From assembly GCA_016187745.1 (NCBI GenBank), contig JACPJC010000005.1, positions 192,308 through 256,307 of the forward strand: a DNA stretch of 64,000 bases, in the 5' to 3' direction. The notes beneath the pieces are model-generated. The model had not been told where the DNA came from. It worked only from the letters and a program-made list of their open reading frames with translations, and ran no database searches. The position numbers and the translations under genes are program-made. The DNA is from Candidatus Iainarchaeum sp. Its GTDB lineage: Archaea > Iainarchaeota > Iainarchaeia > Iainarchaeales > JAXPJC01. How positions within the stretch are numbered: position 1 is the stretch's first letter; each line of letters starts with the position of its first letter. Positions 47,919-57,305 of this stretch are shown here, piece by piece.

Positions 47919-48857
47919 CTAGATTATATCTTCTATCTTCCAATAAGCATATGTGTGCTGGTATTCTCGGGGGAAGTCTGCTTCTATTTCAGACAAAAAT
48001 TCTGTTAATGGAATGTTAGAGTTGACTAGAATATTCTGAGAAAATTGGTCTTTGGTCTCAAAGAGAAGTTTTGTGAAAAGGATTTTACGTTTTTTGTATA
48101 TTTCTACAGCCTTTTTTCTTCTATAATGCAATAGGTAGTGTAGTCGTAACCAGTCTTTTTCATTCTTAACATAATCGTTTAGATAAGTAGTTGCATAGCT
48201 TGGAAGGTCTCCCTTGAGGAGTTCAAAAGGAGTTAAAGGGTTGACACTTTTTTTAGAAAACGAGGGCTGTTTAAGTTTAATCAGTTTTGATATTACAAAG
48301 TGTCTCCATTTGAGGTTTGGGGGGGCACGATTTCGTTCTAGAAACCACACAATTTCCTGGTGATCTGCGCACATCATTCTGGAGAATTTACAATCAAATT
48401 GCGCTATCCATTGCAAAAATTTCTTTTCTTCTTGAATATATTCGTTTTTCAATACCAGAAATTTTTTTGAAGCTGTTTTTTTAATGTTCTTAAATCGCTT
48501 AGAAGGGTCATAAATTGGCGTAAGCTTTTGAATCCACCAAAAAATGTATGGGTTTACTATTGGGGTTTGAATATTTTCCAGAATATCAAAATAAGAGGAT
48601 TTGTCATCTTGGAAATGTAAACGAATTCCCCCTTTAACCAGAACTCTTGGGGAGAGCATCCTTGAAATTCTCTCTGCGTCTTCTGAGACTGCTGTTGTAT
48701 CTGAGCCAGAAATTATCAGGTCCAAATCAGAATATTGGTCAATTTGAATGTTCTTCGTTGAAGCCCCTAACAAAATCATATATTTGCCAGGATAATTTTT
48801 AGTCAATAGTTTGGCAAATTTTTTTGAAATTTTAATGCTATTTTTTGCAAAATCCAA
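47919..48857 (-). CDS. Pol-beta-superfamily nucleotidyltransferase-domain protein
   Basis: LLGAS...YSDLDLII (G[GS]..DxD pattern). Confidence 0.6.
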   Translation of the reverse strand: MDFAKNSIKISKKFAKLLTKNYPGKYMILLGASTKNIQIDQYSDLDLIISGSDTTAVSEDAERISRMLSPRVLVKGGIRLHFQDDKSSYFDILENIQTPIVNPYIFWWIQKLTPIYDPSKRFKNIKKTASKKFLVLKNEYIQEEKKFLQWIAQFDCKFSRMMCADHQEIVWFLERNRAPPNLKWRHFVISKLIKLKQPSFSKKSVNPLTPFELLKGDLPSYATTYLNDYVKNEKDWLRLHYLLHYRRKKAVEIYKKRKILFTKLLFETKDQFSQNILVNSNIPLTEFLSEIEADFPREYQHTYAYWKIEDII

Positions 48858-49461
48858 AAAGCAACACCACCTTTCTTAAGAACATTTGTTCATTTTTGGG
48901 GATAAGATTAATTAGAAAAACGTTCTGTTGTTTCAAAAGCTGCTTTTCAAATTTAAGGTAGTTTTTGATTCTTTTTCTAAGGATTTGCTTGTCATCATCG
49001 GCGCGTATGCCTAATTTCCCATGGCAACGGGGGCATTTCTTGTGAATCCTTTTATTATATGTTTCGAGACATCTTGGGCAAAACCTACGATTTAAGGCAT
49101 TCTTAAAAATTGTTTCTTTATCGTAGTACGTAATTACAAATATGATTCCGTCGCTGCAAAGCTTGGCTTGACTTGCGGTGCGAGGAAATCCATCTACAAT
49201 ACAAAATGCCGGGAGTTGTGAAAAGGCTTTTTTTACTTCATAGTTTGATGCTAAAGCCGCTCTTTCTTTTTTCTTCAATTGCAAGCTAAAGTTAATTAAT
49301 GGCAGTCCGGTTATTTTAGATAACAAAAAGGAGAAAAATGTTTTACCGATTGCTGGAGGTCCAGTGATATATATTCTCATAATTTTTACTCTTTTTGTAT
49401 AAAATAAATCAACATAACTTCTTTTAAAATACTGTTTTTTGGGTAATAATTTTTTGAACAT
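48838..49461 (-). CDS. Adenylate kinase-like P-loop nucleotide kinase
   Basis: GPPAIGKT, DGFPRT, Zn-lid CPRC..CPRC, RADD. Confidence 0.88.
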   Translation of the reverse strand: MFKKLLPKKQYFKRSYVDLFYTKRVKIMRIYITGPPAIGKTFFSFLLSKITGLPLINFSLQLKKKERAALASNYEVKKAFSQLPAFCIVDGFPRTASQAKLCSDGIIFVITYYDKETIFKNALNRRFCPRCLETYNKRIHKKCPRCHGKLGIRADDDKQILRKRIKNYLKFEKQLLKQQNVFLINLIPKNEQMFLRKVVLLFGFCKK

Positions 49462-49546
49462 GTTGCAATCTTGCAGTTCTCAAAGAAACTCAAATTAACC
49501 GGGATAATGCCCTGCTGCATTGGGCTTCATTGAAGTCTCTTTTTTC

Positions 49547-49678
49547 TCACCCAATCCTGAGATTGTCCGCTATCATGCATAGCAGTATCTCTTTGCGTTG
49601 TTGGGTTGCTTTGTGTAGGTAGAGAAACCCTCCATAGCGGCGTTTAAGTCTGCCGATTGCAGACTCGCTTATACTGCG
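49547..49678 (-). mobile_element. IS5-family (DDE) transposase C-terminal remnant
   Basis: Hand translation RSISESAIGRLKRRYG..QRKEILL..IADNL*; no intact N-terminus; possible terminal repeat GGCTTCATTGAAGTC at 49523-49537. Confidence 0.7.
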
Positions 49679-49831
49679 CCTTAGGCTTTTCGTTATGCAT
49701 ATTGCTAAGTTTTTTGCCTGACATATTTATCCTCTAATTTTATGAGCATACTCATATGCAACATTCTCTTTCCCTGTCATCCCCCCAGCTAATTTCTATC
49801 TGAATTTATCCCTTCTTGGTAAATCTTTTAC

Positions 49832-49932
49832 TAAAGAACCTTGGCGCTGAACGCTCCGCTTTTCAAAGCGGAGATGAAAGCTATTGTACTTATCATAATT
49901 AAACGCCTTGGCATTTATGCCAAGGTTCTTTA
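49832..49932 (-). repeat. ~100-nt structured element with 14-bp terminal inverted repeats, copy 1
   Basis: TAAAGAACCTTGGC...GCCAAGGTTCTTTA with two internal hairpins; homologous to 62625-62728. Confidence 0.85.
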
Positions 49933-50000
49933 CATTCCTGCAATTCATCGCAGAACTTGCAGTTGAACTGGTAGCTTGCATACTGCCCAAAACAGGCCAT
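49899..50000 (-). CDS. Cys-rich mini-protein, copy 1 (33 aa; C-terminus supplied by the structured element)
   Basis: MACFGQYASYQFNCKFCDELQEC..., paralogous to 63163-63312. Confidence 0.5.
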   Translation of the reverse strand: MACFGQYASYQFNCKFCDELQECKEPWHKCQGV

Positions 50001-50261
50001 TCCCTGCTTTTCCTTATGCGTGCCATGCCAAATTCATATTTGTGCCTCCTGCAGGCAAGGCGGTTAAGGCACATAATCTATCAGAACTTGCAAAATTTTT
50101 TGTAAATAAATTCGGGAAATCCTGACTTAGGCAATAAATGGCATCAGCCAGAGCCATGTTATGTATAATCATTTGCTTCCCGCCCCATCAAAAGGTTTTT
50201 ATATAATGGAATTATTATTAATTAAGCGGAATCTGGAATGATTTTCGGAAAGTGAAAAGCA

Positions 50262-51044
50262 ATGCCAAAGGACGGGATTGAAAGGGTTGAGACGGGGATA
50301 AAGGGCTTGGACAAGGCGCTTAATGGCGGCGTTCCCCGCGGCAATTTAGTTCTTATTTCAGGCGGAGCAGGCACTGGAAAGAGCACGCTCTCCCTGCAAT
50401 TCGTTTACAACGGCGCAAAGCTCTATGGCGAAAAAGGCGTTTATTTTACCACAGAGCAGAGGGAAGATGAGCTTAGAAAACAAGCCACAAGATTCGGCTG
50501 GGATCTGGCAGCATTGGAAAAGAAAGGGCTGCTAAAGCTGATTTTCCTTGATATTGTGCACAAGGTGAATTTCTATGAAACAATTGAAACAACCATCAGA
50601 ACCTTCAAGCCTGAGAGAGTAGTAGTGGATTCAATGGTAACGCTTGCAGACAGCATGAGCATAACAGACTTCAAGGACCTTACTGCAATCTCATTTGCAC
50701 AGCTCTTGGAAAACGTGGGACCGCAGGCGCAGGTGCAGCAAGCGGAGAAGCTCATAACGCGCAATATTCTTTACAATCTCTACAGCGCGCTGAAGCAGGC
50801 GAATGTAACAGCGCTTCTGGTTTCAGAGCTGCCTGAAAAGAGCGATTTCCTGAGCGCTGATGAGATAAGTGAATTTATAAGTGATGGAGTTATTTTGTTG
50901 CATTATTTAGGCATTGGCAGCGCAGAGTTCAGATCATTACAAATTAGGAAAATGCGCTACACAACACATGAGAAAGATTACATTTTGTATGACATCGCTA
51001 ATACAGGAATTGAAATTAAAAAAGAAGCAGAAATAAAAGTTTGA
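50262..51044 (+). CDS. KaiC/RAD55-like RecA-superfamily ATPase
   Basis: TGIKGLD, GGAGTGKS, RVVVDS, SDGVILL, RSLQIRKMR. Confidence 0.93.
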   Translation: MPKDGIERVETGIKGLDKALNGGVPRGNLVLISGGAGTGKSTLSLQFVYNGAKLYGEKGVYFTTEQREDELRKQATRFGWDLAALEKKGLLKLIFLDIVHKVNFYETIETTIRTFKPERVVVDSMVTLADSMSITDFKDLTAISFAQLLENVGPQAQVQQAEKLITRNILYNLYSALKQANVTALLVSELPEKSDFLSADEISEFISDGVILLHYLGIGSAEFRSLQIRKMRYTTHEKDYILYDIANTGIEIKKEAEIKV

Positions 51045-51088
51045 ATGAACGAATTAAAATTTCTCTCAATAAAAGATGGAGAAGAACA

Positions 51089-51703
51089 ATGGGTGTTTTT
51101 GGAATAGAATATGGGGAGATAGCAAAACTTTTAATTGGTGGGCAACTTACGTTTAAAGAAGGAAAAATAGAGCTACTTGGAGAAGGCGTTACTTTTGTTC
51201 CACTTACAGACCACATCGCAGAAATAAAATATTATGAAAATATGAATGCGGAGAATGGAATATATATTGGAGCCAAATATACTGGTCTTACTTGGAATGA
51301 AAAAATGTTAACTAAATATAAAACAAAAACACCTAGGGAGATTTTTGAGTGGGGAAATAAAGTTATGAATCTTGCAGGCTACGGTGAATTCAAAGTTTAT
51401 AAAGAAAATAAAGATAGGACTGAATGGATCTGGAGAATTTATAATAGCCAAATAGCTGAAGCATACCTCAAGAAGTATGGAAAAGCAAAATGGCCAGTTT
51501 GCCACAGGGTTAGGGGCTACTTCGCCGGAGCAGCAAGCTTTGTAGCTAGAGTTGACTTGGATGCTGTGGAAGTAAAATGCAAAGCAAAAGGGGACTCATA
51601 TTGTGAATTTGTCATTAAAAAAAATAAAAAATTTAATATAGCAACTACATTAGTAAAAAAACAACTTAAAGATATAGGTCAGGAGTCATATGCAAGAGAA
51701 TAA
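51089..51703 (+). CDS. V4R (4-vinyl reductase-like) ligand-binding domain protein
   Basis: AGYGEF, PVCH..RGYFAG, EVKCKAKGDSYCEF; start moved to ATG 51089. Confidence 0.9.
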   Translation: MGVFGIEYGEIAKLLIGGQLTFKEGKIELLGEGVTFVPLTDHIAEIKYYENMNAENGIYIGAKYTGLTWNEKMLTKYKTKTPREIFEWGNKVMNLAGYGEFKVYKENKDRTEWIWRIYNSQIAEAYLKKYGKAKWPVCHRVRGYFAGAASFVARVDLDAVEVKCKAKGDSYCEFVIKKNKKFNIATTLVKKQLKDIGQESYARE

Positions 51704-52682
51704 ACCAATTAAGCTAAATGCATTAAAAAATCATGAGTCAAACTGGAAAACATTAGAACATACTGTTAAACTCTATAAAGAAGTTGGAAAACGCAACATA
51801 TATCTCTTTGATTGGCTTCTTTATATGTGGGAAAATTTATATCTTTCTTGTGTTGATTTAAAATGCATTGACTCATTAAGCACCACTAAAACAAAGGTTG
51901 CTATTCTTGATACTCTTATTGATGATGTTGCAGATAGTACTAAAATAGAAGATGATTTTTTTTTAAATGAACTTTCTAAGTTTGCTTTTGAAAGAAAGTA
52001 TATTGAATGGAATAAACTAAATCAATACCAAATAAAGTATATTAAAAATACCTTGGCTGTATGGGATGACATTATTGAAACTATCAAGAAATACCCCCGA
52101 TTTGAAGAATTTAAGAGAATTCTCGAATGGGATGTTAATCAAGTAATTAATTCAATGAAGTTTGCTCATTTAGTGAATACTGTCCCTAATCTCAATAACT
52201 TGGTTGAAAATAGAGCTTATGGACACCATAGTATGACAGTAATCATGTGTGGTACAATAGATTTAATGTGTTCTCCCTCATTCGATATGCGAGATTTTTC
52301 TAAAATTAGAAAAGTTCTATATTATGCCCAACAGTTAGCTAGAATTGGAAATATGATTAATACTTATCCAAGAGAAATAAATGAGGAGGATATCTCAAGT
52401 GAGATTCTCACAATGGCCATTGAAGATAAGATTATTGACTCAGAAAAATTAAAAAATAGTCTAAGGGATAAAAATAATGTTGTCTTAATTACTCAGTTAG
52501 TGAAAAAGTTTGATGAGTATTGGGATGATCTCTATTTTAAGATAAAAGAGGTAGGTAGAGATATAAAGTCTATTGATATTAATGAGTTTTTGAGAGAAAG
52601 AAAATTCATTCAACAGAAATATGAGGAACGAGTAAAATATTGGTTGAAAGATTATGCCGATAAACGATTCGTTGAATTTTAA
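51690..52682 (+). CDS. Class I terpene synthase/isoprenoid-fold protein
   Basis: DDxxD motif IDDVAD and NSE/DTE-like motif RIGNMINTYPRE at the expected spacing. Confidence 0.7.
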   Translation: MQENKPIKLNALKNHESNWKTLEHTVKLYKEVGKRNIYLFDWLLYMWENLYLSCVDLKCIDSLSTTKTKVAILDTLIDDVADSTKIEDDFFLNELSKFAFERKYIEWNKLNQYQIKYIKNTLAVWDDIIETIKKYPRFEEFKRILEWDVNQVINSMKFAHLVNTVPNLNNLVENRAYGHHSMTVIMCGTIDLMCSPSFDMRDFSKIRKVLYYAQQLARIGNMINTYPREINEEDISSEILTMAIEDKIIDSEKLKNSLRDKNNVVLITQLVKKFDEYWDDLYFKIKEVGRDIKSIDINEFLRERKFIQQKYEERVKYWLKDYADKRFVEF

Positions 52683-52707
52683 TGTTTTTTTAAGGTGCTG
52701 AAGACTA

Positions 52708-52920
52708 ATGGAAGACTCACATAAACGTTCTTTGGTTAAATCAATTACATATAGAGCAAGTGCAACATTAGCTTTAGCGATAATTTCTTGGTTTTATACA
52801 GGAAATCTTCTTGAGACATCGTTCATTACAATAATTTTTACTATAGTAGCGACTATAATTTACTACTTCCATGAGAGGGTTTGGGATAGAATTAAGTGGG
52901 AAAGACACATAAGAAAATAG
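52708..52920 (+). CDS. DUF2061-domain membrane protein
   Basis: RSLVKSITYR..YYFHERVWDRIKW. Confidence 0.9.
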   Translation: MEDSHKRSLVKSITYRASATLALAIISWFYTGNLLETSFITIIFTIVATIIYYFHERVWDRIKWERHIRK

Positions 52921-52959
52921 TTATTGGACAATCTCTTTGTAATTTAATTGTCATACCAT

Positions 52960-53823
52960 TTACCTGAAATATTTCATCAACTGTTTCTTCAAAAACTTTG
53001 CCATATCAGGATTTCTTGTTATTGTGAGGTCAAAATGCATCGGAGTTTTTAGTGTATTTCTGAAATATACCTCCCTGAAAAGGTCTGTAAGATTTTTGTT
53101 TCTGTTATACACTTCATCCAATATTTGTTTAGTTTCTGCAGAAGATACAACTTCAATTATACAATCTCCTTGAACATACAGCGAGTCATCGAATAGTTGT
53201 TCCTTTGTGCCTATTTTTACATTGCTTACACCTGCTCTTAGAAATTGTTTTTGAAGCCATTTATCAAATGGGCTGGCCAATGAAACAATAGCGTAAGTCT
53301 TCTTACAGTTTCTGGCAACGCCTTGCAAAATCGCAAAATCTTTGAAATTGAATCTTAATGGCCAATACATGTGCCTGAACCAAGCAATTGCTGTTGGGTC
53401 ACTATCTCCTGCTAAGATTCTATTTGCAAGCAACTCTGCTATAAAAACGGATAAAACGCTAAAGTCATTAAACTCCAATTTAATAGTCCCCTTGAAATTC
53501 GGATCAATGTCATAAATCATCCCTTCTTTGTTGTATAGTTTTTCCAAATTTGTAGAGAATTTCTTTATATTTGAAATCCAATCCTTGTTCAACTCATATT
53601 TTGCTCCCGCCCTGTAAATAATTCTGTTTTCTTCAAGCTGTTTTAAACTTTTATGGATAGCCTGGTAAGAAACATTTAACGAGAGCTGCCTCTTGGTTCT
53701 GCCATAAATTTCCTTAGCGCTCAATGGCCACTCCTGGCTTAGTATGGAGATGATGGCGTCTTTGGTGGTATTTTGTTTGGTGTTCAATTGCGGAATTATG
53801 GGATTAACCGGCATCTTATTCAC
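52960..53823 (-). CDS. 'EWPLS' winged-helix regulator, paralog 5
   Basis: IPQL..TKDAIISILSQEWPLSAKEIY..VSYQAIHK plus ~190-aa C-terminal domain. Confidence 0.85.
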   Translation of the reverse strand: MNKMPVNPIIPQLNTKQNTTKDAIISILSQEWPLSAKEIYGRTKRQLSLNVSYQAIHKSLKQLEENRIIYRAGAKYELNKDWISNIKKFSTNLEKLYNKEGMIYDIDPNFKGTIKLEFNDFSVLSVFIAELLANRILAGDSDPTAIAWFRHMYWPLRFNFKDFAILQGVARNCKKTYAIVSLASPFDKWLQKQFLRAGVSNVKIGTKEQLFDDSLYVQGDCIIEVVSSAETKQILDEVYNRNKNLTDLFREVYFRNTLKTPMHFDLTITRNPDMAKFLKKQLMKYFR

Positions 53824-54676
53824 TCCTGAAATATTTCATCAATTGCCTTTTCAAAAATTTTGCCATTGAAGGGTCCCGTGTTATTGTAACCTCAAAATGC
53901 ATTGGAGCCTTTAACGCGTCCCTGAAATACACTTCCCTGAAAAGATCTGTAATATTCTTGTTTCTGTTGTATATCTCATCCAATATCTGTTTAGTTCTTT
54001 GGGAGGCATTGAATTTTATCACGCTATCCCCGTGAACTATTAAATCATAATCAAATAGCTCTTCCCCAATCCCTATTTTTACACCTTTGAAACCGGCTTT
54101 CAAATACTGCTTCTGGACCCATTTATCAAACAAGCTGGCTGAAGAGGCAATAACATAGGCATTTTTGCAGTTTTTGCCTATGCGTTGAAGAAGCTCGAAA
54201 TCCTTAAAGTTAAATCTTAGCGGCCAATAGAGGTGCCTAAGCCAGCCAATTGCCATGGGGGCGCTATCTCCCACCAACGTATTGCTTGAGAGTATTTCCG
54301 CAAAAGTAACAATCATAACTGCATAATCATTAAACTGCCACTTAATTGTCCCCCTAAAGTTCCGGTCAATTTCATAAACCATCTCGTCTTTATTGTATAA
54401 TTTCTCCAGGTTTGTAAAAGATTTCTTTGTGTTTGAGATCCAGCTTCTGTTCAGCTCATATTCCCGCCCGACCTTGGAAATAATTCCCTCTTTTTCAAAT
54501 TGCTTTATTGTTTTGTGGACGGCCTGATAGGAAACATTCAAGGAAAGCTGCCTTCGGGCCCTGTTGTGGATTTCTTTTGCGGATAGGGGCCATTCTTGGC
54601 TAAGAATTGAGACAATTGCATCTTTGGCAGTTTTTTGCTTGGGATTTAATTGCGGAATTACAATATTGGTTGTCAT
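53816..54676 (-). CDS. 'EWPLS' winged-helix regulator, paralog 4
   Basis: Same architecture; closest to paralog 5 (RHLYWPLRFNFKDF). Confidence 0.85.
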   Translation of the reverse strand: MTTNIVIPQLNPKQKTAKDAIVSILSQEWPLSAKEIHNRARRQLSLNVSYQAVHKTIKQFEKEGIISKVGREYELNRSWISNTKKSFTNLEKLYNKDEMVYEIDRNFRGTIKWQFNDYAVMIVTFAEILSSNTLVGDSAPMAIGWLRHLYWPLRFNFKDFELLQRIGKNCKNAYVIASSASLFDKWVQKQYLKAGFKGVKIGIGEELFDYDLIVHGDSVIKFNASQRTKQILDEIYNRNKNITDLFREVYFRDALKAPMHFEVTITRDPSMAKFLKRQLMKYFRSE

Positions 54677-55533
54677 TTTTTATCGCCTTCAAAATACTTC
54701 AAATATTCCTCTCTTATCTGGTCAGCAAGAACCTGGTTCCTTGTTATGACCATGTTGATTATCGGCTTTGCATCCCTCATTCTGTCCAGATGGGATGCCA
54801 GATTGAATTCAGTAATGGTTTTCGGCGATTTGTTCTGCAAATACCATGCGTGCCTGAAATCAGGCGAATACCATATCTGCCCTACATAATCCCCTATAAC
54901 TATCGTATCGCACAAGGGAGTAGCGCACTCAACCCCAAACATGATGTGCTTTGCCCCGAAACCTTTCAAGCCATCTGCAAACATCCTGTCCAATAAATTA
55001 TCTTCCTGCGAGAAGATATAGTATGGAGTTTTTGCAAAAACCTCTTTTAATTCCGCATAATCCTCGTCTTTCAGGCCGACTATTGAGTAAATATTCCTCC
55101 ATAAGCAGATATTCGGCTTGTTTTTTGGGTTTGGATACTGCATATATATTCCAATCAGGAATCTTGCAAGCTCCAGAATTCCGATGAATGTGAGATTGGC
55201 AACATCCTTTTTGTGCAGGTCTTTAAGCTCATTAATCCCGATCTTGCCGGAATAATGCAGGTCCAGCGTGGCTGCGGAATGTTTGACTCTTTTGATCCAG
55301 TCCTTGTTCAGGGAATATTCATTCTCTTGCTTTTCCAATACTTTGTCATCCAGCAGCTGCAGAAGCAATTTGTGCACCGCCTGATAGCTGACATTCAGGC
55401 CATGCTCCCTAATAACTTTATTGTAAATCTTCTTTGCACTAAGCGGCCATTCCTGGCTTAAAATTGAGATAATTACGTCCTTGGTAGATTTATTCTTAGA
55501 AGCCAGCTGCGGAATTTGAATATCATCAATCAT
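54673..55533 (-). CDS. 'EWPLS' winged-helix regulator, paralog 3
   Basis: TKDVIISILSQEWPLSAKKIY..VSYQAVHK. Confidence 0.85.
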   Translation of the reverse strand: MIDDIQIPQLASKNKSTKDVIISILSQEWPLSAKKIYNKVIREHGLNVSYQAVHKLLLQLLDDKVLEKQENEYSLNKDWIKRVKHSAATLDLHYSGKIGINELKDLHKKDVANLTFIGILELARFLIGIYMQYPNPKNKPNICLWRNIYSIVGLKDEDYAELKEVFAKTPYYIFSQEDNLLDRMFADGLKGFGAKHIMFGVECATPLCDTIVIGDYVGQIWYSPDFRHAWYLQNKSPKTITEFNLASHLDRMRDAKPIINMVITRNQVLADQIREEYLKYFEGDKK

Positions 55534-56381
55534 TTTCTCTCTCCCTTGAAATATTCCATTGTCTGTTCCCTGATTCTGTCTGCAACTTCCCGATTCTTTG
55601 AAACTATAACATTGAACTTATCACTATGCTCATATATGAGCATCAGCAGTTTGCTAAGTCTCAGTTTGTCTAAAATTCTAGCAATTTTGCAGTATCTAAG
55701 CCAGTCCTTTCTGAATTTTGGTGAGAAATAAATTAGCCCAACGTAATCTCCCTGGACCATCGTGTCAGGATTAAAGGGAATATCAGCCCCCAATAGAACT
55801 TTTGCCCCAAGACCTGTGAAGTTTTCAGCAAATATCTTGTCCATTGTTGTCTGGTTGTGCCCCAACATATAGTATTGTGTTTGTGAAAGCCTTTGCCTTA
55901 ATCTCCGGTATTCCGAATCGGAAAGGCTGATTGGGGGGTAGATGCTCCACCAATGACAAATTCCTGGCTTCTTGTCAGGATTTGGATATGCAAAAAATAC
56001 ATCCAAGATGAATCTCGCCAGATCCATAGGGTCATTAAATGTGAAATTGAATACTTCCTGATTTTCAGAATGTTTCATTGATGCAGGAATTTTAGTTATG
56101 TATGCCCTTTCTATGAATTCCCCGAAATTCTTAATGCTTCTAATCCAATCCAGGTTTAACATAAATCCTTTTTCAATCTTCTTTATTTGCCCTGCACTTT
56201 CCATCTCATTCAAAGTTTTATGAACTGCCTGATATGAAATCGCAATCGTACGCTTTCTAAGCAAGCGATTGCAAATCTCTTTGGCACTCAAAGGCCACTC
56301 TTCAGCCAAGATTGCAATAATTTGGTCTTTCGTTGATTTTGATTTAGAATTCAGCTGTGGGATTGAAATGTCCATAGCCAT
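55530..56381 (-). CDS. 'EWPLS' winged-helix regulator, paralog 2
   Basis: TKDQIIAILAEEWPLSAKEI..ISYQAVHK. Confidence 0.85.
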   Translation of the reverse strand: MAMDISIPQLNSKSKSTKDQIIAILAEEWPLSAKEICNRLLRKRTIAISYQAVHKTLNEMESAGQIKKIEKGFMLNLDWIRSIKNFGEFIERAYITKIPASMKHSENQEVFNFTFNDPMDLARFILDVFFAYPNPDKKPGICHWWSIYPPISLSDSEYRRLRQRLSQTQYYMLGHNQTTMDKIFAENFTGLGAKVLLGADIPFNPDTMVQGDYVGLIYFSPKFRKDWLRYCKIARILDKLRLSKLLMLIYEHSDKFNVIVSKNREVADRIREQTMEYFKGERK

Positions 56382-56382
56382 T

Positions 56383-57225
56383 TTACTCCCCCTTCCTGAA
56401 ATATGACAAGGTCTGCTTTTTCAGGAATTGCGCAAGCCCTTTGTTGCGGTTGATTACCACAGGGATCCTGACCTTTTTCTCAAACACGTTCCTGAAAAAC
56501 CCGTCAGCATCAATGTCATTTGCGCCTGATGCGCGCTCATAAACCTTGTCAATTTCGTATTTTATTGCCTGGGGGTAAAAGACCTCTGCTACAATGTCCT
56601 TGTATATTACCATGTCAATAGTGGATGCTGAGTCAACACCGCACTTTGCATGAATTCCTTTCTTACGCCAAAAATTGCAGAACTGCCTGTCAATTGCGGT
56701 ATTGCCCCTTGTTATGGAATATGTATTGCATGCAGCCAGGATTTCATTCATCTGCCTGTATTCCTCCATAAACATAAAAAGCGGTATCCAGAAATGGGTC
56801 CAGTGCAGGCAAAGAACCTCTTTTTTGCCTGAGATTTCCTTCTTCCCAAATCCTATAAGGAATTTGTCCACATCATAAACCGAATTAAACATGAGATTCA
56901 ATGGATTGGCGTTTGGATTCTGCGGCTCATTTAACGCATATGCTGTTTCCAGATGCTCGCTGAATTCCTTAATATTCTTTATCCATTCGTTGTCCAGCAG
57001 ATATGCCATGCCCTGGCTTGCTATTATCCTGTGCGATTGAAGCGTATTGAGCGTCTTATGAACCGCCTGATAGGAAATGCCGATTGCCTGCTGCCTGCGG
57101 AGCTTGTTGTAAATCTGCTTGGCTGTAAGGGGCCACTCTTCGCTGAGTATTGAAATAATCGCGTCCTTCGTGGAGCCTGCTTTTGAACCGAATTGCGGCA
57201 GGATTGGGCTTGAGCCTGTAGGCAT
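56383..57225 (-). CDS. 'EWPLS/T' winged-helix regulator, paralog 1 (first gene of the array)
   Basis: TKDAIISILSEEWPLTAKQIY..ISYQAVHK; start moved to ATG 57225. Confidence 0.85.
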   Translation of the reverse strand: MPTGSSPILPQFGSKAGSTKDAIISILSEEWPLTAKQIYNKLRRQQAIGISYQAVHKTLNTLQSHRIIASQGMAYLLDNEWIKNIKEFSEHLETAYALNEPQNPNANPLNLMFNSVYDVDKFLIGFGKKEISGKKEVLCLHWTHFWIPLFMFMEEYRQMNEILAACNTYSITRGNTAIDRQFCNFWRKKGIHAKCGVDSASTIDMVIYKDIVAEVFYPQAIKYEIDKVYERASGANDIDADGFFRNVFEKKVRIPVVINRNKGLAQFLKKQTLSYFRKGE

Positions 57226-57262
57226 AATAAGTAAATATAGTGGAGGGGAAGCTTTTTTAAAT

Positions 57263-57305
57263 TCAACCATTTAGTTGATTTCTGTTCAACCGCAGGTATA
57301 TTAAT
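57263..57305 (+). promoter_or_regulatory. Palindromic operator-like site plus TATA-like box, copy B (divergent promoter region)
   Basis: TCAACC-ATTT-AGTTGA-N7-TCAACC-GCAGG-TATATTAAT, 23 bp before ATG 57329. Confidence 0.8.

Noticed and set aside
49796-50074. Listed 92-aa minus-strand ORF as a real gene
   Set aside because: It runs through the IS-adjacent structured element, and the conserved Cys-rich paralog is in a different frame.
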